From positions 2,424-66,423 of the forward strand of contig CALVNR010000008.1 of assembly GCA_944349905.1 (NCBI GenBank): a stretch of 64,000 bases of DNA, read 5' to 3'. This document shows positions 1-9,342 of this stretch, one piece after another. The notes beneath the pieces are model-generated. The model made no database searches. It saw only the letters and a list, made by a program, of their open reading frames with translations, and was not told the DNA's origin. Within the stretch, counting starts at the first letter, position 1. Every line of letters starts with the position of its first letter. The stretch is from an uncultured Clostridia bacterium. Lineage in GTDB: Bacteria; Bacillota; Clostridia; Christensenellales; UBA1242. A program made the position numbers and the translations under genes.

Positions 1-314
1 AGTCCACCTGCTCCTAATTTTATACCACCAAAATATCTTACAACAAATATAGCAACATTTTGCAAATCTTTCTTTTGCAAAACATTTAATATAGGTCGTC
101 CCGCTGTTTGAGAAGGTTCTCCATCATCAACGGCTTTTTCATAAAAAGGGTTTGCTATTCTCCCTGCCCAGCAAATATGAGTTGCTTTTTTGTGTTCGTT
201 TTTTAAAAAATTTAAAGCTTCTTTTAAACTATTTTCATCCCTGCAATAAAGCATATAACCATAAAATTTTGATTTTTTCTCAATCATTTCAACAGTTTTG
301 TCAAATTCAATCAT
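1..314 (-). CDS. YigZ/IMPACT-family (UPF0029) protein, N-terminal part; the gene runs off the window
   Basis: Own translation of the minus strand from the ATG at 314-312 gives MIEFDKTVEMIEKKSKFYGYMLYC...ATHICWAGR...DDGEPSQTAGRPILNVL...VVRYFGGIKLGAGG. The DDGEP-x-TAG-PIL and RYFGG-KLG-GG motifs are the IMPACT/YigZ signature. The start overlaps the tyrS stop (TAATG). It is absent from the ORF track because it is open at the window edge. Confidence 0.7.
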   Translation of the reverse strand, partial: MIEFDKTVEMIEKKSKFYGYMLYCRDENSLKEALNFLKNEHKKATHICWAGRIANPFYEKAVDDGEPSQTAGRPILNVLQKKDLQNVAIFVVRYFGGIKLGAGG

Positions 315-1567
315 TATTTCACAACAACCTTAACAAAATTCTTTTTACCTTTTTTAAGAAGCAAGCTATTATTTTCAAAATCGCTAAGTTTTACAATTAA
401 AGCAAAGTCCGTAACTTTTTGACCTTTCATTGAAATTCCGCCACCTTCAATCATCCTTCTTGCTTCGCTTTTTGAAGAGCATAGTTTTGTAGCCACGAGC
501 AAATCACAAATTCCAATACCACTTTCAATGTTTTGCTTTTCAATTTCAAATTCAGGTGCATCATCTCCACCCTGAGCAAACAAGTTTTCTGACATTTGTT
601 GTGCCTTTAAAGCATCTTCTTTCCCTCTAACAAATTCTGTTATTTTAAAACATAATTCCTTTTTTGCTTTAACAATATCATTTTTGATTAATTCTCTTAT
701 TTTATCCATAGGTTCATCAGTAAATAGAGCAAACATCATTTCAACACAGGCATCAGGTGTTTGATAAATTCCTTGGTAGAAATCATATGCCGATATTTTG
801 TCTTTGTCAATCCAAATAGCGCCTTTTTCAGTTTTTCCCATTTTTTTACCTTCTGGTGTTAATAATAAAGGATTTGTTGCACCAATAAGTTGTACATTTT
901 CATTGTTTGCAAAATTTAGTTTTCTTCTAAGTTCTACACCTGCAACAATATTACCCCATTGGTCAGCACCACCATATTGAAGAGTACAATTATATTTTTT
1001 ATTTAAATGTATAAAGTCATACGCTTGCATAGGCATATAACCCATTTCAAAAAATGTTAAACCACCTTCTTTAATTCTATTAGCATAAATTTCACTCGAC
1101 AACATCTTATTGACATTAAAATGAACTCCTACTTCTCTCATAAAGTCAACATAATTTAAATTTTCAAACCAATCTGCATTATTGACAATTTCTGCTTTAT
1201 TTTCTCCTTCAAAGTCCAAAAAGATAGATAAAGATTTTTTTATCTTTTCAATATTTTGATTTAGTTGTTCTTTTGTAAGCATTGCACGCATTTCAGTTCT
1301 TCCACTTGGATCTCCAATAGACGCAGTTGCTCCACCCATTAAAAGTATTACTTTATGCCCTGCCTGTTGAAATCTTCTAAGAACACAAAAAGGAATACTA
1401 TGTCCGATATGAACACTATCCATTGTAGGGTCAGTACCCTCATACAATGTTATAGGTTGTCCACTCTCTAACATCTTTTTCAACCCTTCCTCATCAGTAC
1501 ATTGGTATAAAAGCCCTCTTTCTTTTAAAATATTAAATAAATTTTTATCTGTCATATTTTCCTCCAA
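314..1567 (-). CDS. tyrS: tyrosine--tRNA ligase
   Basis: 417 aa. It has the class I HIGH motif (DSVHIGHSIP), a KMSKS-type loop (KKMGKTEKG) and a C-terminal S4-like domain (RRMIEGGGISMKGQKV). A T-box leader precedes it. Confidence 0.95.
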   Translation of the reverse strand: MEENMTDKNLFNILKERGLLYQCTDEEGLKKMLESGQPITLYEGTDPTMDSVHIGHSIPFCVLRRFQQAGHKVILLMGGATASIGDPSGRTEMRAMLTKEQLNQNIEKIKKSLSIFLDFEGENKAEIVNNADWFENLNYVDFMREVGVHFNVNKMLSSEIYANRIKEGGLTFFEMGYMPMQAYDFIHLNKKYNCTLQYGGADQWGNIVAGVELRRKLNFANNENVQLIGATNPLLLTPEGKKMGKTEKGAIWIDKDKISAYDFYQGIYQTPDACVEMMFALFTDEPMDKIRELIKNDIVKAKKELCFKITEFVRGKEDALKAQQMSENLFAQGGDDAPEFEIEKQNIESGIGICDLLVATKLCSSKSEARRMIEGGGISMKGQKVTDFALIVKLSDFENNSLLLKKGKKNFVKVVVK

Positions 1568-1795
1568 TAAAAAAGCACACTTTGTCTATTTTAGGACGAA
1601 GTGTGCATTCGTGGTACCACCTAAATTCAAGCATTGCAGTATTTAACTTATTATCATAAACATAAAAAGTTAAATTAAAATGCTCCTTATTATACCAATT
1701 CGCTGGCAAACGCAAAACTTGAAATAATTGTAATTCAATATATAATTCCCAAAAGATTTTCACCAACCATCTTCTCTCTAAATGTAAAATTATAA
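1568..1795 (-). promoter_or_regulatory. T-box riboswitch leader of tyrS (transcription attenuation type)
   Basis: The minus strand shows stem-I-like AGAGAG...GGTGAAAA elements. The conserved T-box AATTTAGGTGGTACCACG lies at about 1607-1630 and overlaps the 5' arm of the terminator GCACACTT-N16-AAGTGTGC + T6 (about 1571-1606). The 73-aa track ORF 1545..1766 is this leader, not a gene. The 5' boundary is approximate. Confidence 0.8.
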
Positions 1796-1867
1796 TCTAC
1801 TTTGATTACTCCACCATTTTGATTTATGCAAATTTTAACATAAAAAAAAGTTATTGTCAATTATTTT

Positions 1868-2527
1868 TTAATGCCAATCAATAGGTTCTTTACCATTTTT
1901 TATTAAAAATTCATTGCATTTTGAAAAATGTTTGCAACCAAAAAATCCACGATATGCTGATAAAGGACTAGGATGTGGAGCTTTTAAAATCAAATGTTGA
2001 TTTTCAATTAAAGATTGAAAACTCTGAGCAAAACTTCCCCAAAGCATAAATACAACCGGGTTTTTCTTTTTCCCAATCAATTCAATAATTTTTGATGTAA
2101 GTTTTTCCCAACCTTTATCTTTATGTGAATTTGCTTGCCCCTCTCTCACAGTTAAAACTGTATTAAGTAAAAGAACTCCTTGCTTTGCCCATCTAATTAA
2201 ATTTCCAGAAGAATTGCATTTTATTGATAAATCACTTTCTATTTCTTTAAAAATATTCACAAGAGATGGTGGGAGTGGAAAATTGTCTGGAACAGAAAAT
2301 GAAAGACCTTGCGCCTGCCCCTCTTCATGATAAGGATCTTGTCCAATAATAACAACCTTTATATCATCAAAAGGCAAATAATTTAGTGCATTAAAAATAT
2401 TTTCTTCTTTTGGAAATATTGTATGTGTATTATATTCTTGCTTTAAAAAAGATTGCAAAGATACAAAATAATCTTTTGCAAACTCATCTTTTAAAAGCTG
2501 ATACCAATTATTAGTAATTTTTATCAT
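1868..2527 (-). CDS. ung: uracil-DNA glycosylase (family 1)
   Basis: 219 aa with the GQDPYH water-activating motif and the HPSPLSA Leu-intercalation loop. Confidence 0.95.
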   Translation of the reverse strand: MIKITNNWYQLLKDEFAKDYFVSLQSFLKQEYNTHTIFPKEENIFNALNYLPFDDIKVVIIGQDPYHEEGQAQGLSFSVPDNFPLPPSLVNIFKEIESDLSIKCNSSGNLIRWAKQGVLLLNTVLTVREGQANSHKDKGWEKLTSKIIELIGKKKNPVVFMLWGSFAQSFQSLIENQHLILKAPHPSPLSAYRGFFGCKHFSKCNEFLIKNGKEPIDWH

Positions 2528-2563
2528 AAAATGATTATAACATAAAAAACAAAAGTTTCAAAA

Positions 2564-2797
2564 TTAATCTGAAATAAGTTCTTCAAAAGTACATTCTAAA
2601 ATTTTTGTAAGTTTTGCAAGATAAATTAGACCCGGTTCTATTTTTGCATTTAACCATTTCGAAACGGTCCCCTTACTGCAACCTACTGCTTGGGCAATTT
2701 GTATTTGTTTAAGGTTTCTTTCCTTCATTAATATTTTTAAGTTTTTGCTAAAATTTGACAAATATTTCACAAATTCTCCTTTTTTCAACAAACACAT
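2564..2797 (-). CDS. XRE-family helix-turn-helix transcriptional regulator
   Basis: 77 aa with an HTH_3-like segment, NLKQIQIAQAVGCSKGTVSKWLN. Confidence 0.75.
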   Translation of the reverse strand: MCLLKKGEFVKYLSNFSKNLKILMKERNLKQIQIAQAVGCSKGTVSKWLNAKIEPGLIYLAKLTKILECTFEELISD

Positions 2798-2859
2798 AAA
2801 TATTTTAACTTACATAAAAGGTTAAAATATAAAATCTTCCTATAAGAAGATTTTGTATT

Positions 2860-2890
2860 AAAAAAGACAATAAAGAATTTCTTTATTGCC
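2860..2890 (-). terminator. rho-independent terminator after the 206-aa gene
   Basis: The minus strand reads GGCAATAAAGAAATTCTTTATTGTC followed by T6. A second hairpin, AAATCTTC-N6-GAAGATTT, lies just downstream at about 2832-2853. Confidence 0.6.
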
Positions 2891-3511
2891 TTAATTTTTT
2901 TCAAATTGATTATTAATTTCTCGGTAAAAATATTTTTTATCATATAAAATATTTTCAAGTCTCATTCCTTTTGTCCCACGAAATTCATTATTATACCTAA
3001 GTCCAAATTCACCCAACAACTTATTGTAATCAATTTTTCTTTCTTTTATAATATTTGAATAAACACAAGACATAACATAATTTGCCAAATATATATAGTA
3101 ATATGGATTTTCTTGTTGTTGCAATTGGTGTAATTTTTTTGTCAAATAATTATTTCTCTCTTTAAAATTTGGTCCATTTTTAACAAAAAATGTATTTACC
3201 AAAAATTTTTTATTTGGAAATAAATCTTGATTTTTAGTATTATCATTTAAAGAAATTTCATAGCCAATAATCAATTTATTTTTATCACATAACTGCCTTA
3301 TTGCAATTGAATTTTCTTGATTTGAAATTTTAATTTTTAATCTTTCTTCACAAAATTCAACAATGTCAGCAACCAATTCCATAATAACACTTTTATTTGG
3401 AAAGACATCACTATAATTGCACATAAAAGATGTATTTTCATTGTAAAAATAGTCTTTATTCAAATTATCTTTTGGCAATCTAGTCCATAATCTTTGATTT
3501 TTATTCTCCAT
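2891..3511 (-). CDS. hypothetical protein; free-standing copy of the C-terminal domain of the adjacent 515-aa protein
   Basis: 206 aa. It aligns along its whole length with the last ~200 aa of ORF 3523..5070 (KKLHQLQQQENPYYYIYLANYV vs KRLRQIQQNKNPYYYIYLTNFL; NNEF/NNSF; YFYREI/YFYDEV). Confidence 0.6.
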   Translation of the reverse strand: MENKNQRLWTRLPKDNLNKDYFYNENTSFMCNYSDVFPNKSVIMELVADIVEFCEERLKIKISNQENSIAIRQLCDKNKLIIGYEISLNDNTKNQDLFPNKKFLVNTFFVKNGPNFKERNNYLTKKLHQLQQQENPYYYIYLANYVMSCVYSNIIKERKIDYNKLLGEFGLRYNNEFRGTKGMRLENILYDKKYFYREINNQFEKN

Positions 3512-3522
3512 GCTTATCCCTC

Positions 3523-5070
3523 TTATTCTTTTTCGTTTTCTACTTCATCATAAAAATAATTTCTATCTAAATAAATATCGTCTATTGATAAATACTTAGT
3601 TTCAACAAAACTATTATTATACTTTATTCCGTTATTCTCCAAAAATTCACTCATATCTTTTTCTGTATTTATGTATTTTAACTTTTCTGAAATACAAAAT
3701 AAAAAATTTGTCAAATAAATATAATAATATGGATTTTTGTTTTGTTGTATTTGTCTTAACCTTTTTGTTAATTCATCATTTGTACTTCTACCTTCATCAG
3801 GTTTAACAGTAAAAGCATTTATAGTAAAACACATACTTGGATAATCTCTATTCCTAGAATATTTGTTTATGTTAATTTTAGCACCAATAACTTTTCCTTT
3901 CGTATCATATGTTTCACTAAAAACCAAGCCATTTTCATTATTCGCAATCCTAATTCTTTTTTCCTTACAGTAATCCCTAAAAATTTCCTTTATTTTGTCG
4001 GCATAACTTATATCAACCATAACATCATTATAATCACAAGCAAAATAACCATATGAATTTTGGAAAAATTGTTTATCTTTTATTTCTATCTTATCCCAAT
4101 CATAAGATCCTTCAAGTTCATCATCTTTATTAATTTCTGATGCTGTATCTATCCCCTTTTTATGTAAGCAGTCTTTCTCAGGCACTTCTTTTATTATCTC
4201 AACTTTTTCTTCTTGTTTTGGTTCTTTTATATTTTGAACAAAAGTAGTATTTTTTGAAATTTCTTTTTGAAATTTTATAACTTCATTTAAAATATCTATT
4301 GTAATAAAAGTATCCATTTGCCCAACTTTTGATATCAATCTATCACTACTTATTGGTTGGAACAAATTTAATATTAAATAACTTTCAGTAGCACCAGTTT
4401 CTTTTAAATATTCTTTACTAAAACAATTTATATCAATAGGTTTTTTACTATATTTTTTATCATTAGAAGATGTTGAAAGATAAGTTCCATAAACAAGTCC
4501 GGCATTCTCATCTTTAGCAAAAACTAAAAAAGGTCTGTTTTTGGCAAAAGTATTGGCTCCAACAACAATAGTGTTTTCAACAGTATAAATATCACCTCTG
4601 TTTACTGTTTTTAAATCAACTTGGTTGTTAGTTTTTAAAATAATAAAAGAATTGTCACCTGAATTAATATTTAAAACTTGTTTCATAAGGTTTAAATCAA
4701 GGCCAATTTGCTCATTAGTCAAATATTGAGAATCATATATATTGTCAAAAACTAAATTAGCAAAACATTCCTTTGCACTCTCAATTTTTTTATTGATTTC
4801 AGTTAAAGCAGTGTTATTATAAATTTTTAGATATTCTTGAACTAATTTTTGTTTCATTTTAGGATTTAATTCATCGCAAAAAATGTATCCATTTTGAAAT
4901 TTAAATGTTATGTCCACTTTTGACTTTCTATTCCTAAAAACTATTTCGGCTGTATCAATATTGTCAATTTCTAAAATATTATATTTTACCAACGCCCATT
5001 CACTTTCTTTTAAATCGGCACCTTTTCTTATAATTTTTTGAAGTTCTTCTAGATTTGGTATTATTTTCAT
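3523..5070 (-). CDS. hypothetical multidomain protein with a possible PemK/MazF-like segment and a C-terminal domain paralogous to ORF 2891..3511
   Basis: I moved the start to ATG 5070 (MKIIPNLEEL), which follows AGGAG. The central segment RGDIYTVENTIVVGANTFAKNRPFLVFAKDENAGLVYGTYLSTS resembles the GD(I/L)W-V...G-E-x-RP-LV...TS pattern of MazF/Kid toxins. That resemblance is weak and by eye only. Confidence 0.6.
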   Translation of the reverse strand: MKIIPNLEELQKIIRKGADLKESEWALVKYNILEIDNIDTAEIVFRNRKSKVDITFKFQNGYIFCDELNPKMKQKLVQEYLKIYNNTALTEINKKIESAKECFANLVFDNIYDSQYLTNEQIGLDLNLMKQVLNINSGDNSFIILKTNNQVDLKTVNRGDIYTVENTIVVGANTFAKNRPFLVFAKDENAGLVYGTYLSTSSNDKKYSKKPIDINCFSKEYLKETGATESYLILNLFQPISSDRLISKVGQMDTFITIDILNEVIKFQKEISKNTTFVQNIKEPKQEEKVEIIKEVPEKDCLHKKGIDTASEINKDDELEGSYDWDKIEIKDKQFFQNSYGYFACDYNDVMVDISYADKIKEIFRDYCKEKRIRIANNENGLVFSETYDTKGKVIGAKININKYSRNRDYPSMCFTINAFTVKPDEGRSTNDELTKRLRQIQQNKNPYYYIYLTNFLFCISEKLKYINTEKDMSEFLENNGIKYNNSFVETKYLSIDDIYLDRNYFYDEVENEKE

Positions 5071-5134
5071 ATATACTCCTATTATAAAAAAGCTTTGATT
5101 TTGAAATAACAATTTCAACACCAAAGCTTATAAA

Positions 5135-6250
5135 TTATTCTTCCGTATCAGTTGTATCAGCATTTAACTTTTCAAGCATTTTTTCATGATTTGCAATGCT
5201 TGCTTTAAGTTCAGCATTTCTTGAAGTAAGCAAATTAAATATTTGTTCAAGCAATGGATATCTTTCTTGATTTTTGTTCATAACTTCTTGACAATGTTCA
5301 ACTGAAAGTTTAAGTCCATCAAGAAGGTCAAGGTCTTCTGAAAGCTTTTGCGCTTTTTCTTGGTCAATATCAGCAATATTATTTACACCATAAAGTTCAA
5401 CTTTTTGTTTTGCAACAAGAGCTTCTCTTCTACGAAGTTTTTTCTCATCGTTTTCAAGAGTTCTTTTTACCTTTCTTAATGGTATAAATTCTTTTTTACA
5501 TTTTCTAAGTTCTTTTTCGTTTGCTTTTAATTCGTCTTTTTCGTTTGCAATGATTTCTTGCAATTCTTCAACTGTATAACCTACTACACTGTCAGTTGAA
5601 TCTTGACTTTCATCTGAATTTTCCGAAATTTCTTCTTCATTAGAATCAACAGTTTCTTCTTGATTGTTTTCAACTGATTCTTCTGTTGTCTCTTCTGTTA
5701 AATCAACTTCTTCACTTTCTTCTTCGTTTTCTTCTTCATTCTCTTCATCTTCTTCATCTTCATTCATAGATTGAGAAAGACGACTTATTCTATCTAAAAT
5801 TTCTTGTCTTCTTTTTGCAATTCTTTCAGCTTCTTCGTTCTCAATAGTTTCAGTTGTTTCAGCTGGTTGTTCTTCAACAGTATCTTCAACAACAGGTTCT
5901 TCAACAACAGGTTCTTCAACTTCTTCTACCGGTTCTTCTATATTTTCCTCTACGATAGCTTCTTCTTGTTCATCTTCTGGGTTGTAACTTTCTACTTTTC
6001 CACCACTGAGTAAAGCAGCAGAATAATCAGGATCCTTTTTTATTCTTTCAGCATCATCTGGAAAATTTTCCATCAAATATTCATTTATTTTTTGTTTATC
6101 CCTTTTTGTTTTGTTTTTAATCAATTCATCATCCTTCTTGCCATGGCTTGCAAGACTCATAAATAAATCGCCTATAAAATAAATCAAAAATCCTCCGGCA
6201 ATGATAATACCTAAAACTATAACAACTGTTACGATAACTGTACTTGTCAT
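5135..6250 (-). CDS. membrane-anchored, highly acidic coiled-coil protein (unknown function)
   Basis: I moved the start to ATG 6250 (MTSTVIVTVVIVLGIIIAGGFLIYF, one N-terminal TM segment), which follows AAAGGAG. The track extension to 6316 runs into the 3' end of ssrA. The body has E/D-rich low-complexity sequence (EEPVVEEPVVED, EDEEDEENEEENEEESEE) followed by heptad-like sequence. Confidence 0.7.
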   Translation of the reverse strand: MTSTVIVTVVIVLGIIIAGGFLIYFIGDLFMSLASHGKKDDELIKNKTKRDKQKINEYLMENFPDDAERIKKDPDYSAALLSGGKVESYNPEDEQEEAIVEENIEEPVEEVEEPVVEEPVVEDTVEEQPAETTETIENEEAERIAKRRQEILDRISRLSQSMNEDEEDEENEEENEEESEEVDLTEETTEESVENNQEETVDSNEEEISENSDESQDSTDSVVGYTVEELQEIIANEKDELKANEKELRKCKKEFIPLRKVKRTLENDEKKLRRREALVAKQKVELYGVNNIADIDQEKAQKLSEDLDLLDGLKLSVEHCQEVMNKNQERYPLLEQIFNLLTSRNAELKASIANHEKMLEKLNADTTDTEE

Positions 6251-6282
6251 AATAATACTCCTTTTTTCTTTTATACAGATTT

Positions 6283-6668
6283 TGGTGGAGACGGCGGGAT
6301 TTGAACCCGCTTCCAAGAAACCAATTTAAAGTTTTTCTACGTGTGTAGTTTATGTTTTAAAGTTCATCAAAATAAAGTCCATAAACAAACGATTTTGACT
6401 AGCCTTTTAAATTTTCCATAACTAGAAAGACAAACTTGTTATAGAGTATGGCTAAATTAAACCCTACATGCAAACAGCCACTTTACATAAGAGCCGGTCA
6501 AAGAAGTTGACCAAAATTTTTGTGTTACTTAGGCAGCCATAGCAGCTGTGTTGTAACTAGATTGATTGTTTGCGTTTATTTACGCTGTCCATTTTTAGGT
6601 AGGCCTGGACGACTACCACACGCTTTACGCTTTAAAAACAATTTCCTGTCGAAACCAATAACGCCCCC
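6283..6668 (-). ncRNA. ssrA: tmRNA (SsrA)
   Basis: The 5' end is GGGGGCGUUAUUGGUUUCGACAGG. The 3' end is GGAAGCGGGUUCAAAUCCCGCCGUCUCCACCA, with a G3:U acceptor pair. The internal tag ORF GCA AAC AAT CAA TCT AGT TAC AAC ACA GCT GCT ATG GCT GCC TAA encodes ANNQSSYNTAAMAA. It sits directly downstream of smpB. Confidence 0.92.
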
Positions 6669-6677
6669 GAAGTGGTG

Positions 6678-7118
6678 TTAAAAGTTTTTCAACTCGCGTT
6701 CTATGTCCCTCTTTACAGCTTTTTCTTTAAGGACATTTCTTTTGTCATAAAGTTTTTTACCTTTTGCAAGCGCAATTTCAACTTTTACCAAACCTTTATC
6801 ATAATAAACTTTGGTTGGAACGATTGAATAACCTTTTTCCTTTTTATTGCGTTCTAATTTTAGTATTTGACTTTTATGCAAAAGAAGTTTACGGTCAGGT
6901 TTTGTTTCCACCGAATTTGAAGTTATCTGATAAGGTGCTATGTAACAGTTTTTTAAAATCGCTTCTCCATTTTTTATAACAATATATGAATCAGACAAAT
7001 TAATTTTTCCTGCTAACACAGACTTTATTTCATTTCCCTTCAAAACAATGCCTGCCTCAACCATATCTGAAACGAAGAAATTATGAAATGCTTTTTTATT
7101 TGTAGTTATGTTCTTCAT
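6678..7118 (-). CDS. smpB: SsrA-binding protein SmpB
   Basis: I moved the start to ATG 7118 (MKNITTNKKAFHNFF), which follows GGAGGCGA. The length is typical of SmpB, the C-terminal tail is basic, and the rnr-smpB-ssrA synteny is conserved. Confidence 0.9.
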   Translation of the reverse strand: MKNITTNKKAFHNFFVSDMVEAGIVLKGNEIKSVLAGKINLSDSYIVIKNGEAILKNCYIAPYQITSNSVETKPDRKLLLHKSQILKLERNKKEKGYSIVPTKVYYDKGLVKVEIALAKGKKLYDKRNVLKEKAVKRDIERELKNF

Positions 7119-7243
7119 CTCGCCTCCATTATACCATGAATAAAACACAATTTCAATACCCTTTTTTAAAAAAAAGGCAAAATTTATTGAAATTTTTGTA
7201 AAAACAACATATTTTCAACTCATTTTACCTTATAAAGTGCTAT

Positions 7244-9334
7244 TTATGCAAGCATAAAATCAATTTTTCTTGTGTAAATATTTGAACTTACCAATTTTAC
7301 TCTTAAATTGTCACCAATAGAAAAACAATGATGTTGTCCTTTCAATTTAAGTTGTTTTTCAAAGAACAGGTAACTATCTTGTGGCAAATCTTCAATTTTT
7401 ATAAGTCCTTCTACTGTATTTTCCAGTTCAACAAAAATTCCAAAATTTGTTACAGAAGAAACAATAGCATCAAAATCTTGTCCTACTTTATCTTTCATAA
7501 GATATGCTTTCCAAAGGTCATCAACTTCCCTTTCACATTTTTCTGCATTTCTTTCAGTAACGCTAGATTGTTCTGCTGATTGATATGCAAATTCTTCAAG
7601 TACTTCTCTTCTTTGTTTTTGAATATTCTTTTTGTGCAAAAATTCTTTAATAATTCTATGGATAGTCAAATCTGGGTATCTTCTAATTGGAGATGTGAAG
7701 TGGCAATAATAAGTAAGTCCCAAACCAAAATGTCCCAAACATTGATTTGAATATTTTGCTTTTTGCATTGACCTTAAAATAATTTTGTTCGCCGTTTTTT
7801 GATAATTTTGTCCTTCAATTTCTTCAAGCAAAGATTGATAATATTTTGAAGTAATATTTTCAGGTAATGCAGGAGTTTTTATACCAACACCTTGCAAAAA
7901 TTCCAAAACAGATACAGTTTTTTCTTTTCTTGGAGATTCATGAATTCTATAAACAAATGGTATCTTTTTGTCACAAAATTCTTTTGCGACAGTTTCATTT
8001 GCAAGAACCATAAAATCTTCAATAAGTCTATGAGCAGAGTTTCTTTCTCTTTCTTTCAAATCAACAGCCATGCCGTTTTCGTCAAAAATAAATTGTACTT
8101 CTGGTATTTCAAAATCCAAACTACCTTCTCTTGTCCTTTTATTTTGCAATATTTTTGAAAGTTCTAACATCATAAGCAAGTCATTTTTAACTTTTTCAGC
8201 TTTTTGGCTAGATTTTTTGTTACATAAAACTTTATAAACTTCTGTGTAAGTCAATCTTGCACAACTTTTTATAACACCTTCACAAATTTCGTGTGAAACA
8301 ACTTCACCATTTTTATTTACTTCCATTATACAAGAAAGTGTCAATCTTTCTACTCCTTCATTTAAAGAGCATATTCCATTTGACAACTTAATAGGCAACA
8401 TTGGTAAAACAGAAGTTGGAAAATAAACGCTAGTTCCCCTATTGTATGCTTCTTCATCTAATGCTGTGTCATATTTTACATATTCACCTACATCAGCAAT
8501 ATGAACAGACAAAATGTAATTGCCTTTTTCATTTTTTCTAATTGAAACAGCATCATCAAAATCTTTTGCATCTTCGCCGTCTATTGTAAATGTTGTTTCA
8601 TTTGTAAAATCTTTTCTATTTTTCTTTTGTTTTTCAAGCACTTTGTCTGGAATAGATTTACACTCTTCCATAACACTTTCAGAAAAATTTTCATACAAAT
8701 TAAATTCTCTTATTATTCCAAGTTCGCAAGCTTTAATGTCGCTTTGAAGTCCTAAATTTTCAACTACTTGTGCAGAAACATTTTTAGGATTTCTAATTAA
8801 TTTTACAACCACCCTGTCGTTTTCTTTAAATTTTTCTGGCGAAGAAATAATTTTTATTTTAAATGGAATGTGATTGTTGTCAGGTTCCAAAAAATAATTT
8901 TTTCCTATTTTAACTACAACCCCCACTATTTTTTCAAGCGGTTTATAAATTCTGACTACTTTACCATCTGTTCCTTCTTCGCTTGAAGAAAGAACTTTAA
9001 CTATAACATAATCTCCATCAATAGCCATACTTGTTAAATTTGCAGGAATAAATATATCTTCTTTTTCTCCCAATCTGTCAGTTTGAACAAATCCAAACCC
9101 TTTACTGTTTCCAATAAAAAGTCCTTTTACATAACCATGAGATGGCACAGTAATAAATTTACCCTTTCTTATCTCAAATATATCGCCACTATTTTGCAAT
9201 TTATAAAATTGTTTTTTTACTTCATCAATAGAATAGTTATATGTTTTTGATATAAAAGAAAAAAGATTGTTCAGCCCGGAATAAGCCAAACTCTCTTTAC
9301 TTAACAATGAAAATATTTTTCTTTTGATATCCAT
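7244..9334 (-). CDS. rnr: ribonuclease R (RNase II/VacB family 3'-5' exoribonuclease)
   Basis: 696 aa. It has RNB catalytic motifs (FTIDGEDAKDFDDAVS, HFTSPIRRYPDL) and a C-terminal S1 domain (GIFVELENTVEGLI). Confidence 0.93.
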   Translation of the reverse strand: MDIKRKIFSLLSKESLAYSGLNNLFSFISKTYNYSIDEVKKQFYKLQNSGDIFEIRKGKFITVPSHGYVKGLFIGNSKGFGFVQTDRLGEKEDIFIPANLTSMAIDGDYVIVKVLSSSEEGTDGKVVRIYKPLEKIVGVVVKIGKNYFLEPDNNHIPFKIKIISSPEKFKENDRVVVKLIRNPKNVSAQVVENLGLQSDIKACELGIIREFNLYENFSESVMEECKSIPDKVLEKQKKNRKDFTNETTFTIDGEDAKDFDDAVSIRKNEKGNYILSVHIADVGEYVKYDTALDEEAYNRGTSVYFPTSVLPMLPIKLSNGICSLNEGVERLTLSCIMEVNKNGEVVSHEICEGVIKSCARLTYTEVYKVLCNKKSSQKAEKVKNDLLMMLELSKILQNKRTREGSLDFEIPEVQFIFDENGMAVDLKERERNSAHRLIEDFMVLANETVAKEFCDKKIPFVYRIHESPRKEKTVSVLEFLQGVGIKTPALPENITSKYYQSLLEEIEGQNYQKTANKIILRSMQKAKYSNQCLGHFGLGLTYYCHFTSPIRRYPDLTIHRIIKEFLHKKNIQKQRREVLEEFAYQSAEQSSVTERNAEKCEREVDDLWKAYLMKDKVGQDFDAIVSSVTNFGIFVELENTVEGLIKIEDLPQDSYLFFEKQLKLKGQHHCFSIGDNLRVKLVSSNIYTRKIDFMLA

Positions 9335-9342
9335 AAACTACC

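Noticed and set aside
152-400. 82-aa plus-strand ORF
   Set aside because: It is antisense to the yigZ-like/tyrS junction, has low-complexity AT-rich codons and no SD.
1545-1766. 73-aa minus-strand ORF upstream of tyrS
   Set aside because: It coincides with the T-box leader RNA, including the conserved T-box and the terminator. It has no SD.
5135-6316. Track ORF of 393 aa starting MEAGSNPAVSTK...
   Set aside because: The first 22 codons are the reverse-strand reading of the tmRNA 3' acceptor and T-arm (GGAAGCGGGTTCAAATCCCGCC...). The real start is ATG 6250, which has an SD.
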